Positions 12,401 through 24,100 of a stretch of DNA of 64,000 nt are shown here, one piece after another; position 1 is the first letter of the stretch; every line of letters starts with the position of its first letter. Source of the stretch: Chrysomallon squamiferum. Lineage: Eukaryota; Animalia; Mollusca. The stretch lies in assembly GCA_012295275.1 (NCBI GenBank), contig CM022667.1, positions 18,104,001 to 18,168,000 on the forward strand. Reading direction: 5' to 3'. The notes under the pieces were generated by a model. It was not told the DNA's origin, ran no database searches, and saw only the letters and a program-made list of their open reading frames with translations. The position numbers and the translations under genes were made by a program.

Positions 12401-15400
12401 ATGGACTGTAGTACAGGTATAGAGGTGTGTGGTGTTAAACATGGAGTCAGACCACATAGGACTGTAGTACAGGTATAGAGAGAGTGTGTGTGTTAAAACA
12501 TGGACTGTAGTACAGGTGTGTGGTGTTAAACATGGACTGTAGTACAGGTGTGTGTGGTGTTAAACATGGACTGTAGTACAGGTATAGAGAGAGGTGTGTG
12601 GTGTTAAACATGGACTGTAGTACACCACATAGAGCTGTGTGGTGAGTACAGGTATAGAGAGAGGTGTGTGGTGTTAAACATGGACTAAACAGGTATAGAG
12701 AGAGAGGTGTGTGGTGTTAAACATGGACTGTAGTACAGGTATAGAGAGGTGTGTGTGTGGTGTTAAACATGGAGTGTAGTACACAGGTATAGAAAGGTGT
12801 GTGGTGTAGAGAGAGGTGTGTGGTGTTAAACATGGAGTCATGGACTGTGTGGTATAGAGAGGTGTGTGGTGTTAAACATGGAGTAGTGTGTGGTGTTAAA
12901 CATGGACTGTAGTACAGGTATAGAGAGAGGGTGTGTGGTGTTAAACGGGACTGTAGTACAGGTATAGAGAGAGGTGTGTGGTGTGTGGGAGTTAAACATG
13001 GAGTGTACCACAGGTATAGAGAGGTGTGTGGTGTGTGGAGTACAGGTATAGAGAGAGGTGTGTGGTGTTAAACAGGACTGTAGTACAGGTATAGACACCA
13101 AACATGGACAGTACAGGTATAGGAGGTGTGTGTGTGGTGTTAAACATGGACTGTAGTACAGGTATAGAGAGAGGTGTGTGGTGTTAAACATGGACTGTGT
13201 ACAGGTATAGAGAGGTGTGTGTGGTGTTAAACATGGACTGAGTACAGGTATGTAGGTGTGTGGTGTTAAACGTGGACTGTAGTACAGGTATAGAGAGGTG
13301 TGTGGTGTTAAACATGGAGTGTACCACAGGTATAGAGAGAGACTGGTGTTAAACATGGAGTGTACTACAGGTACAGGTATGTGTGTGTTAAAGACATGTG
13401 GTGTTAAACATGTATGGAGTGTGTGTAAACATAGAGGGTGTGTGTGTGTGGTGTACAGGTATAGATAGAGAGGTGTGTGTGTGTTAAACATGGAGTGTAG
13501 TACAGGTATAGAGAGAGGTGTGTGGTGTTAAACATGGACTGTAGTACAGGTATAGAGAGAGGTGTGTGGTGTTAAACATGGAGTGTACCACAGTAGTATA
13601 GAGAGGGTGTGTGGTGTTAAACATGGACTGTAGTACAGGTATAGAGAGGTGTGTGGTGTTAAACATGGAGTGTAGTACAGGTATAGAGAGAGGTGTGTGG
13701 TGTTAAACATGGACTGTAGTACAGGTATAGAGAGAGGTGTGTGGTGTTAAACATGGACTGTAGTACAGGTATAGAGAGAGGTGTGTGGTGTTAAACATGG
13801 ACTGTAGTACAGGTATAGAGAGGTGTGTGGTGTTAAACATGGAGTGTAGTACAGAGAGAGGTGGTGTTAAACATGGAGTGTAGTACAGGTATAGAGAGAG
13901 GTGTGTGTGTGGTGTTAAACATGGACTGTAGTACAGGTGATAGAGAGAGTGTGGTGTTACATGGGTACAGAGAGAGAGGTGTGTGGTGTTAAACATGGAG
14001 TGAGACCACAGACAGCTGACTGTAGTACAGGTATAGAGAGAGATGTGTGGTGTTAAACATGGAGTGAGACTGTAGTACAGGTATAGAGATAGGTGTGTGG
14101 TGTTAAACGTGGAGTGTAGAACAGGTATAGAGAGAGGTGTGTGGTGTTAAACATGGAGTGTAGTACAGGTATAGAGATAGGTGTGTTGTGTTAAACGTGG
14201 AGATTAGAACAGGTATAGAGAGAGGTGTGTGGTGTTAAACGTGGAGTGACACCAGAGACAGTTGACTGTAGTACATGTATAGAGAGAGGTGTGTGATGTT
14301 AAACGTGGAGTGACACCAGACAGCTGGCTGTAGTACAAATAAAGAGAGAGGTGTGCGGTGTTAAACGTGGAGTGAGACCACAGATAGCCGGGTGTGGTAT
14401 AGGTATAGAGAGAGGTGTGTGGTGTCAAACATGGAGTGAGACCACAGAGCTGACTGTAGTACAGGTATACAGAGAGGTGTGTGGTGTTAAACATCGACTG
14501 TAGTACAAGTATAGAGAGAGCTGTGTGGTGTTAAACGTGGAGTGAGACCACAGAGCTGACTGTAGTACAGGTATACAGAGAGGTGTGTGGTGTTAAACAT
14601 GGACTGTAGTACAGGTATAGAGAGACATGTGTGGTGTTAAACGTGGAGTGTAGTACAGGTATAGAGAGAGGTGTGTGGTGTTAAACATGGAGTGTAGTAC
14701 AGGTATAGAGAGAGGTGTGTGGTGTTAAACGTGGAGTGTATTACAGGTATAGAGAGAGGTGTATGGTGTTAAACGTGGAGTGACACCAAAGACAGCTGAC
14801 TGTAGTACATGTATAGTGAGAGATGTGTCGTGTTAAACATGGAGTGTAGTACAGGTATAGAGAGAGGTGTGTGGTGTTAAACATGGACTCTAGTATAGGT
14901 ATAGAGAGAGGTGTGTGGTGTTAATCATGGAGTGAGACCACAGAGAGCTGACTGTAGTACAGGTATAGAGAGAGGTGTGTTGTGTTAAATGTGGAGTGAG
15001 ACCACAGAGAGCTGACTGTAGTACAGGTATAGAGAGAGGTGTGTGGTGTTAAACATGGAGTGAGACTACAGAGATCTGACTGTAGTACAGGTATATAGAG
15101 AGGTGTGTGGTGTTAAACGTGGAGTTTAGTACAGGTATAGAGAGAGGCGTGTTGTGTTAAACATGGAGTGTAGTACAGGTATAGAGAGAGGCGTGTGGTG
15201 TTAAACATGGACTGTAGTATAGGTATAGAGAGAGGTGTGTGGTGTTAAACATGGACTGTAGTACAGGTATAGAGAGAGTTGTGTGGTGTTAAACATGGAG
15301 TGTAGTACAGGTATAGAGAGAGGTGTGTGGTGTTAAACATGGAGTGTAGTACAGGTATAGAGAGAGGTGTGTGGTGTTAAACGTGGAGTGTAGTACAGGT

Positions 15401-16608
15401 ATAGAGAGAGGTGTGTGGTGTTAAACATGGAGTGTAGTACAGGTATAGAGAGGTGTGTGTGGTTAAACGTGGAGTGTAGTACAGGTATAGAGAGAGATGT
15501 GTGGTGTTAAACATGGAGTGTAGTACAGGTATAGAGAGACATGTGTGGTGTTAAACATGGAGTGTAGTACAGGTATAGAGAGAGGTGTGTGGTGTTAAAC
15601 ATGGAGTGTAGTACAGGTATAGAGAGAGGTGTGTGGTGTTAAACATGGAGTGTATTACAGGTATAGAGAGAGGTGTGTGGTGTTAAACATGGAGTATAGT
15701 ACAGGTATAGAGAGAGGTGTGGTGTTAAACGTGGAGTGTATTACAGGTATAGAGAGAGGTGTGTGGTGTTAAACGTCTAGTGTAGTACAGGTATACAGAG
15801 AGGTGTGTGGTGTTAAACATGGAGTGAGACCACAGGCAGCTGACTGTAGTACAGGTATAGAGAGAGATGTGTGGTGTTAAACATGGAGTGAGACCACAGA
15901 CAGCTGACTGTAGTACAGGTATAGAGATAGGTGTGTGGTGTTAAAGGTGGAGTGTTGTACAGGTATAGAGAGAGGTGTGTGGTGTTAAATATGGACTGTA
16001 GTACAGGTATAGAGAGAGGTGTGTTCTGTGAAACATGGACTGTAGTACAGGTATAGAGAGAGGTGTGTGGTGTTAAACATGGACTGTAGTACATGTATAG
16101 AGAGAGTTGTGTGGTGTTAAACATGGAGTTTAACCACAGAGAGCTGACTGTAGTACAGGTATAGAGAGAGGTGTGTGGTGTTAAACATGGACTGTAGTAC
16201 ATGTATAGAGAGAGTTGTGTGGTGTTAAACATGGAGTTTGACCACAGAGAGCTGACTGTAGTACAGGTATAGAGAGAGGTGTGGTGTTGAATGTGGAGTG
16301 AGACCACAGAGAGCTGACTGTAGTACAGGTATAGAGATAGGTGTGGTATTAAACGTGGAGTGTAGTACAGGTATAGAGAGAGGTGTGTGGTGTTAAATGT
16401 GGACTGTAGTACAGGTATAGAGAGAGGTGTGTGGTGTTAAACATGGACTGTAGTACAGGTATAGAGAGAGGTGTGTGGTGTTAAACATGGACTGTAGTAC
16501 AGGTATAGAGAGAGGTGTGTTGTGTTAAATATGGAGTGAGACCACAGACAGCTGACTGTAGTACAGGTATACAGAGACGTGTGTGGTGTTAAACGTGGAG
16601 TTAGACCA
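6495..16608. repeat. ~10.1 kb tandem satellite with 44-bp core and 40-bp and 64-bp variants
   Basis: Core ttaaacatggactgtagtacaggtatagagagaggtgtgtggtg; the 64-mer adds agtgagaccacagacagctg; the 40-mer has acagatacagag; roughly 200+ units. Confidence 0.97.
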
Positions 16609-17443
16609 CCTAGTTTGTTGTGATGCTGACACTTACACTGCAGTGACATCTCACCTTACACAGAAATCACTGTTCTTTTATGTCTGCTTCTTTTCACTTT
16701 TATGCACATTACTCATAAAAGAGAAATGGCTGAAATAATAACATTGTGGTCTCTAAAATTCAAAACGTTTTATATTTCCTTTTAAGAACAAATACTGTTG
16801 TTATTTTGTTTTGATCCTATTAATGTTAGTTTTTCCATAGATTATGTGACTTCTAAGTGTTAGATTAGGATAGAAAACTTAACACATTTCGTTTTAAAAA
16901 CTAATACTGTTGTTATATTATATTATCCTTTTAATGTAATATTTGGGATGATAAATAATTTTAGCTGTTTTATTATAGTGCTAAACAAAAACTGAAAACT
17001 AAATATACTGTATATTAAAATTGGATTTTCCATATTGTAAAATTTTCTGTTATTTTTTTTAACGTTAAATAAAAATTGAAACTGACAAGAAAATATTTGT
17101 TATTTCTTTTTAAAATCAAGTTTTGTTATTATATTGTATCTTTTTGAAGTAGTTTTCCCAAATAGTACAATGTGAATTTGGTAAATTAATGTGGTAAATT
17201 GAAAACAAATTTTAAAAACAGATACTTTTATTGTTTTATAATAATCCTCTTCAAGTCAGTTTTCTCACTTTGCAAAATATTCTACTTTTTAATATTAAAT
17301 GCAACAAATAGTCTTGTCTATATACATACATACATTTTATTTTATAATTATCAAAAGTGTATTTACTTAAACCAGCCAAACAACTTCATTATAGCTTAAA
17401 CCTTTCAGGTCTTTACTTTTAACAACAAAGTAGAAAGCTAATC

Positions 17444-17489
<46 letters not shown>

Positions 17490-19805
17490 TGTGTGATAAA
17501 AAAAAAAACAATCAAAGAAAAGAAAGATAGCACAGGGTTTGCTCCAAACAACAGTGTAATTAAATACTAACATTAACAATAATTTATTAAAATACCTGTT
17601 TCCACATTTATTTTTCATGGTATGGAAACAGATAAAAATGGATGTTTTAGTATGTATGGATATCTGTTTAAGTTTTATAACCACCATAACTTGAAGCAGA
17701 CAAAGATCAGTTTGTATAGAATTTCTCTTTTCATTTATTATGCCTTTCATATTCAGTACAAGAATCAAAAGGAAGGAAAAATTAAAAAAAGAAAGACAAA
17801 AAAAAGTGAAGAAAACAAAATAATTGTTTGATTATTTTTAAAGCCTTGTTTCTATTGTTGTTTTTTTCTTTTACTTTCTTTTGTTGTTTTTTTATTTTAT
17901 TGTTTTTTTTAAATTCTTTTCACAGTTAGGAATTTATATTTACTAACTTGACTTCACAAAATAATAACATTTTTAATATTTGTCACCTGTTTTCATTTCA
18001 TATCCAATTTATTACAAACACTTCATTTTTCATAAAAGATTTCATATGTCTGTAAAGATGTGTATAAAAAAATATCAGGCATTAAACTAAACACTATTTT
18101 ATTGTTAATTTCATAAAAGGTTCTGAAATGCAAATTTACTTTTATACCACCAGTCGACAGGTATTGCTAGAAAACAAAAAACACACTGCAATAATTTATT
18201 TTAAGTTTTATTATAAATTTATTTTAAATTTTATTTAAAATTTTATTTTAATTTTTATTTAAAATTTTATTTTTAATTTTAGTGTACATTTTAGTCAGAA
18301 ATGTTTAAACAGGTTTTTTTGGCAATGCTATAATTGACAAATCTTTAAATATCTCTTTGCACCTTGATAGGTTTCTAACTGTTGGGTGACATTTTTCTGT
18401 GATATTTGATTGTCAGTCAACTGTCATTCATCTCTGATGTGTTACAGTAAGAGGTGTGGTAAAAGTGTTAAAAGTAGAGATAAAGATTACAATTTCATTA
18501 TTTGACAGATAATAAAAGAAGAAAGTGTACAAAGGAATATTTGTTTATAAAACAGTTTTGTCTGGACTCAATTTTGTTCATAATTGTGATTCAGAGTGTA
18601 AGGAATTCTTCCTTTTCTTTTGTCTTTTATTTCATTGATTAGTTTTATAACCATTTTGTTACGTTTTTTTTTAATTTCATTAAGTCTTTTCAAAGTTAAG
18701 AATTTGTTTTTACTAAAGTTTGTTATCTGCTTTAATTTTATGCCAGATTTAATATATGTTGTTTTGTAAAAGTCTAAAATGTTGATAAAGGTGAATACAA
18801 AGAAAAGTGTTACTTATTACCAGTCATTAAGACAGTGTTTGATTTCATCCAACTGTTTCACTGTCTCTGATTTGTAATGATGATACAAGATGACAGGAGG
18901 ATATACAGACTACTCTAATGACCACAATGATCATTTGAGTAGTGGGAGAAATACTTAGTTCATCACTTGTAATGAATCAAAGTTGATGTTACTTGATAAT
19001 GTTATATACACTGTGGATCTTAATTTCCAAGGGCTGAGAAGAGGTCAAATAGTTTTCAGCCTGTGACCTCCTCATTGATTATACAGATGTAAAAGAAGAT
19101 ATCAGTCTATGAAAAAAAGTTATTTTAATTAGCATAACATAATTTTTGCACTGATGAATAAAAAGAAAAAAAAAAAAGATAAATTACATTTTGTAATACA
19201 TATATTCTTTTAATCTGGAAACTAATGATCAGAAATTTATGTAAAGCAAAAACACATGAGTCAAATAACTTGTACTATATTTTATTTTTGATTTAAAGTC
19301 ATAATTAGTATAAGTAATCCAACATAAGTGCATAATAAAATGATATAAAGAATTTGAATCAGAAATAACACAGAGATTATCTTCTTTTTACTGAAATGAA
19401 TACAAAATTAATATTAAATAATAACAAAACCATTTCATAATAAAAAGAAATAAAAAAAATATATATATGCCATAGACATTTTTTTTTTTTTTTAAAGATT
19501 ATTTAAAACTAAATACATAATAATTAATAAATAAAATATTTTAATAATATGAGAAATAATATAAAAATGTAACAAATGCATGTAGAAATGAATATGAGAA
19601 ATGAAGTGGATATCTCCAGATGTTGCAAACCAAACACTATCATTGTAATTTGGTATAAAACAACACCTGGATGGTACAGTCCAGACGTGAAGCAATGTGG
19701 TCTGGTTTTAAACATAAACTTTATTTAACTCAGTATCATCAGCTGTTTTATTATCTGAAGTACAAGTGGACATAATGACAGTATTTACAGCAGGTTCAGG
19801 TAAAA

Positions 19806-20308
19806 GACACAGACTGCAGTCACCCACAGACAGCAGTAACCCACAGACTGCAGTCACCCACAGACAGCAGTCACCCACAGACTGCAGTAACCCACAGATT
19901 GCAGTCACCCACAGACTGCAGTAACGCACAGACTGCAGTAACCCACAGACAGCAGTAACCCACAGACTGCAGTAACGCACAGATTGCAGTCACCCATAGA
20001 CTGCAGTAACGCACAGACTGCAGTAACCCACAGACAACAGTAACCCACAGACTGCAGTAATGCACAGACTGCAGTAACGCACAGACAACAGTAACCCACA
20101 GATTGCAGTCACCCACAGACTGCAGTCACCCACAGACAACAGTAACCCACAGACAACAGTAACCCACAGACTGCAGTAACCCACAGACAACAGTAACCCA
20201 CAGATTGCAGTCACCCACAGACTGCAGTAACCCACAGACAACAGTAACCCACAGACTGCAGTAACGCACAGACTGCAGTAACCCACAGACTGCAGTAACC
20301 CACAGACT
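19806..20308. repeat. 17-bp minisatellite, about 30 copies
   Basis: Unit cacagactgcagtaacc with variants. Confidence 0.95.
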
Positions 20309-20687
20309 GACCACATAGCCATGTACAACTAAACCATTCTATCTCTTTATACCATTAATGATAAAGAGTTTCCCACCAATGTTATTTTTTTCTTTGAAGA
20401 TGTGGGTTTTAATGTGTTTATTTTCATCTAAAATTTAAATATGCTATCTTAGGTACATAGCTAAGATAAATAAATTCTGTTACATTAATGTAATTGCTTT
20501 TTACTGAGAGTGTCACAAACTTTTATACATCTTACTCACTTACAGTACCAAGCATGCCACTTATTTTGTGGTCAGTTTATATATTTGTTGTCACCATATC
20601 TTTCACTTTCTTGATGGAAATATCTTGAAATATCATTAATAAACATTTTTTTTATTATTGCTGTCATTTAAAGGTGAAACCACTGAA

Positions 20688-20920
20688 TTATCATCATCAT
20701 CATTATCACTATTATTATAATAATAATCATCATCATCAGGTTATCACCATCATTATTATCATCATTGTCATGAACATCATCACTATTATTCTCACCACTA
20801 TTGTCATCAGTATCATCATAATCATCATCATCACCATCATCATCATTATTCTTATCATCACCATTATCATCATTATTCTTATCAGTATCATCATCATCAT
20901 CATGATCATTATTATTGTTG
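20688..20920. repeat. Degenerate (ATC/ATT)n microsatellite
   Basis: Runs of tcatcatcattat; gives the poly-Ile and poly-Asp pseudo-ORFs. Confidence 0.9.
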
Positions 20921-20981
20921 TATATACCTGAATACTTTGATAAATAACAAAAGTTTGTAAAAAAATAATTGTACATTGTAG

Positions 20982-21141
20982 ACAGGAATACTTCGGCTAC
21001 CAGATGAGGACTATGTAGTCGAGCCATTACCTGCCCAGATGCAAATAACACCTCATGACAGCCATCTTGGCATTCCTCACATTATTTACTCTAGTATGGC
21101 TCTGAATAAACAAAACATTCACAAATACGAAGCCAAAGATT
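20982..21141 (+). CDS. Paralog A exon, prodomain
   Basis: ttgtag|[17 protein letters not shown]...PHIIY...EAKD|gtaagt; matches paralog [15 protein letters not shown]. Confidence 0.88.
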
Positions 21142-24100
21142 GTAAGTTTGTTTTTTCATTAATATAACTATTGTTAAAATTATCAGTATTATGAAAATAA
21201 ATATAAAATTATTGAAAATTCCTTTTCATATTTAATTAATATATTTATTAATACTATTAAATCAATATGGTTTTTAAAATAATAAATAATAAATAAAAAT
21301 AGATAAGGTAATAGTACTGTAATTAATAACAAATATATAATTTGTAAACTTTACAGGTCAGTCTGATTTTTTTCTAAACACCATTACCAAAGCTCATTTC
21401 TGTTATATCTGATGCCAAATTATTTTTACAATTAATACAAATACTGCAGAAAATTAAAATAAATATTTAATCATAATAACTCTCAAAAACAAGCATTACT
21501 TTTTTATTCTCTGTAGATAGATGAATATTCATTCTATAAACAACTTTTTTTATATAACATCAAACTTTCAGTATTCACTTTTTGGTTTCAGACACAGATA
21601 CGTCAGACTTTCAGTATTCACTTTTTGGTTTCAGACACAGATACGTCAGACTTTCAGTATTCACTTTTTGGTTTCAGACACAGATACGTCAGACTTTCAG
21701 TATTCACTTTTTGGTTTCAGACACAGATACGTCAGACTTTCAGTATTCACTTTTTGGTTTCAGACACAGATACGTCAGACTTTCAGTATTCACTTTTTGG
21801 TTTCAGACACAGATCGTCAGACTTTCAGTATTCACTTTTTTGTTTCAGACACAGATACGTCAGACTTTCAGTATTCACTTTTTTGTTTCAGACACAGATA
21901 TGTCAGATTTCAACCCAACCAAGATTGACTCACGAGGCCGTCGCTCTGCCCACACTTATCACCATGGCAGTGCTCAGACTGTGGAGACTTTGGTTGTTGT
22001 TGATAAAACTATGTACTGGGACCACGGAGAACCGAACATAACTATGTACATACTTAGCATTTTTAATATTGTAAGTTAATAAACAATTCTCATTAATTTT
22101 TATAACTAATTAATATTCTATAATACTGAATGTATGGAATATCAATTATTATTAACAGTTCTTAAAAATACTGTTTTAGGTCAGCACAAACAAATATAAT
22201 TTTAACTGATTATTTATTTTCACTGAATTTAAATTAATATTACAGATATTTCAAGATTTCATGAATGTGAATCAAAAAGAGAGCACATTTCTGATAAATT
22301 TATCTTTATTAGATATAGTTATTTATTGTTTATTTCTGTTATTGTATTTTACATTATATGCTCCAAGTATTGCTCTTATTTTGTGCTAATATTATATACA
22401 TATACTGACATATCGATTTCCTCAAAACATATATATTATTCAGCTTACTGTCTCAGTTATCACATTTATATCTACCTATCGTACACAAAATATATTTAAT
22501 TAAACTGAAATATTCTGTTTCGGGACACAGTTATTTCTATTCATATTTTATTATATATTGCATGTGTTATACTCACATGGAATTTTTGCAGGTATCTCAG
22601 TTATTTCAGGACAGCAGTATTGGTCATCAGATAGAGATTGTGCTTGTTGGTCTTGTTCTCTTAGAAGGAGATGAGGTAATTTTGTAGTTAATAATGTGAC
22701 ATTCAGAATGAATCAGTCAAAATTTTAATATTATAAAGTATATAACATACCACCATACTTGTAATGTTTAATCTTATGAAGTCTGTAATACATCATACTT
22801 GTAATGTTTAATCTTATGAATTATGTAATACATCATACTTATGGTGTTTATTCTTATGAAGTATGTATCACATTGTTCTTGTAATGTTTAATCTTATGAA
22901 GTATGTAACACATCATACTTGTGATGTTTAATCTTATGAAGTATGTAACACATCATATTGTATATTATGAAGTATGTAACACATCATACTTGTAATGTTT
23001 AATCTTATGAAGTATGCAGCACATCGTACTGGTAGTGTTTAATCTTGTGAAGTATGTAACACATCATACTTGTGGTGTTATTAATCTTATAAAGTATGTA
23101 ACAAATCATGCTTGTAGTGTTATTAAGTATGTAGCAGATCATACTGGTAGTGTTTAATCTTGTGTGTTTTGTAGTTTGTTAATCATGTTTCATTTACAAT
23201 ATATAATAAATGTACCTGTAAAAATAATACAAATATTTGATTTAGTCTTTCTATATTTCATAATTTTTCTAACAAGACGGCTTCATTTAAAATAAAAAAG
23301 CCAAATGCAGCTAAGAAATCAGATTAAGAAAAAATTCTGTCGTGAACATTATACTTGTGCATTTTTATTTCACTCTGTTGATAAACCATGTTTTTTTCTG
23401 AAGTTATATTTATTTCTGTTTCAATTATTTTTTTCTATATAAATAAAAATATTTCATCTGTGTAGAAATCTAGTTTATGAAGTGGTAAGATCAGTTAAAA
23501 TATCTAAGATCAGTGATAGTTCTTTGTGTTATATCTGGGGGGTTTTCATTTGCAGCCTGGTTTGGAAATTGGTTACCATGCCGATCACACATTGAACAGT
23601 TTCTGCCAGTGGCAGTCAGTTCTGAGTGATTCCAGTGGCAAACAACATGACCATGCCATTCTGCTGACAGGACTTGATATATGTTCTTATAAAAATTCTC
23701 CCTGTGATACCCTGGGTAAAGTGATCTGATAAAGTTAAAATATTTTTATTTTATTACAACAGTTAGCAGAACAAATTGTAAAAACACTTACTAACACATT
23801 CAACACAGGAAACACACACAACAGAAATACAAAACACATGCACATATACAACATGCAGCAAACACACACAACATCATAGAAATTTACATACAATCTAGAA
23901 TCATATTATTATACAAAACATTTGATTTACATTTTAACTGCTTTCACTAAATAATACATTGAAAGGAAATGATATATTTCCAAACTGCTATTTACAGTTA
24001 TAAATATACAATAAATTATTTAAATTTCTTATGAATGATTCATTTAGAATTTTTTTTTTTTTCAGTTACTTCAAATGTGAATTTTTGTTATTTAGTAAAC

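Noticed and set aside
6495-16608. CRISPR-like array
   Set aside because: Units are directly tandem with no unique spacers, there are no cas genes, and the context is eukaryotic.
7193-16649. Many minus-strand ORFs (MFNTTHLSLYLYYSPCLTPH...)
   Set aside because: They are translations of the satellite; their lengths depend on unit indels and they show no domain signal.
19806-20320. Common origin of the 17-bp array and the 64-bp satellite (shared ccacagacagc)
   Set aside because: The match is only ~11 bp of low-complexity sequence, too short to support homology.
19708-20328. Cys/Val-rich minus-strand ORFs
   Set aside because: These are frames of the 17-bp minisatellite.
1-20981. Upstream signal-peptide and prodomain exons of paralog A
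   Set aside because: None found by eye; donor-like sites such as ~4804 give no ADAMTS-like translation. They probably lie left of the window, though a short exon could have been missed.
20668-21051. Asp/Asn-rich ORF resembling an acidic biomineral protein
   Set aside because: It is the antisense reading of an (ATC)n microsatellite that overlaps a real exon of A on the other strand.
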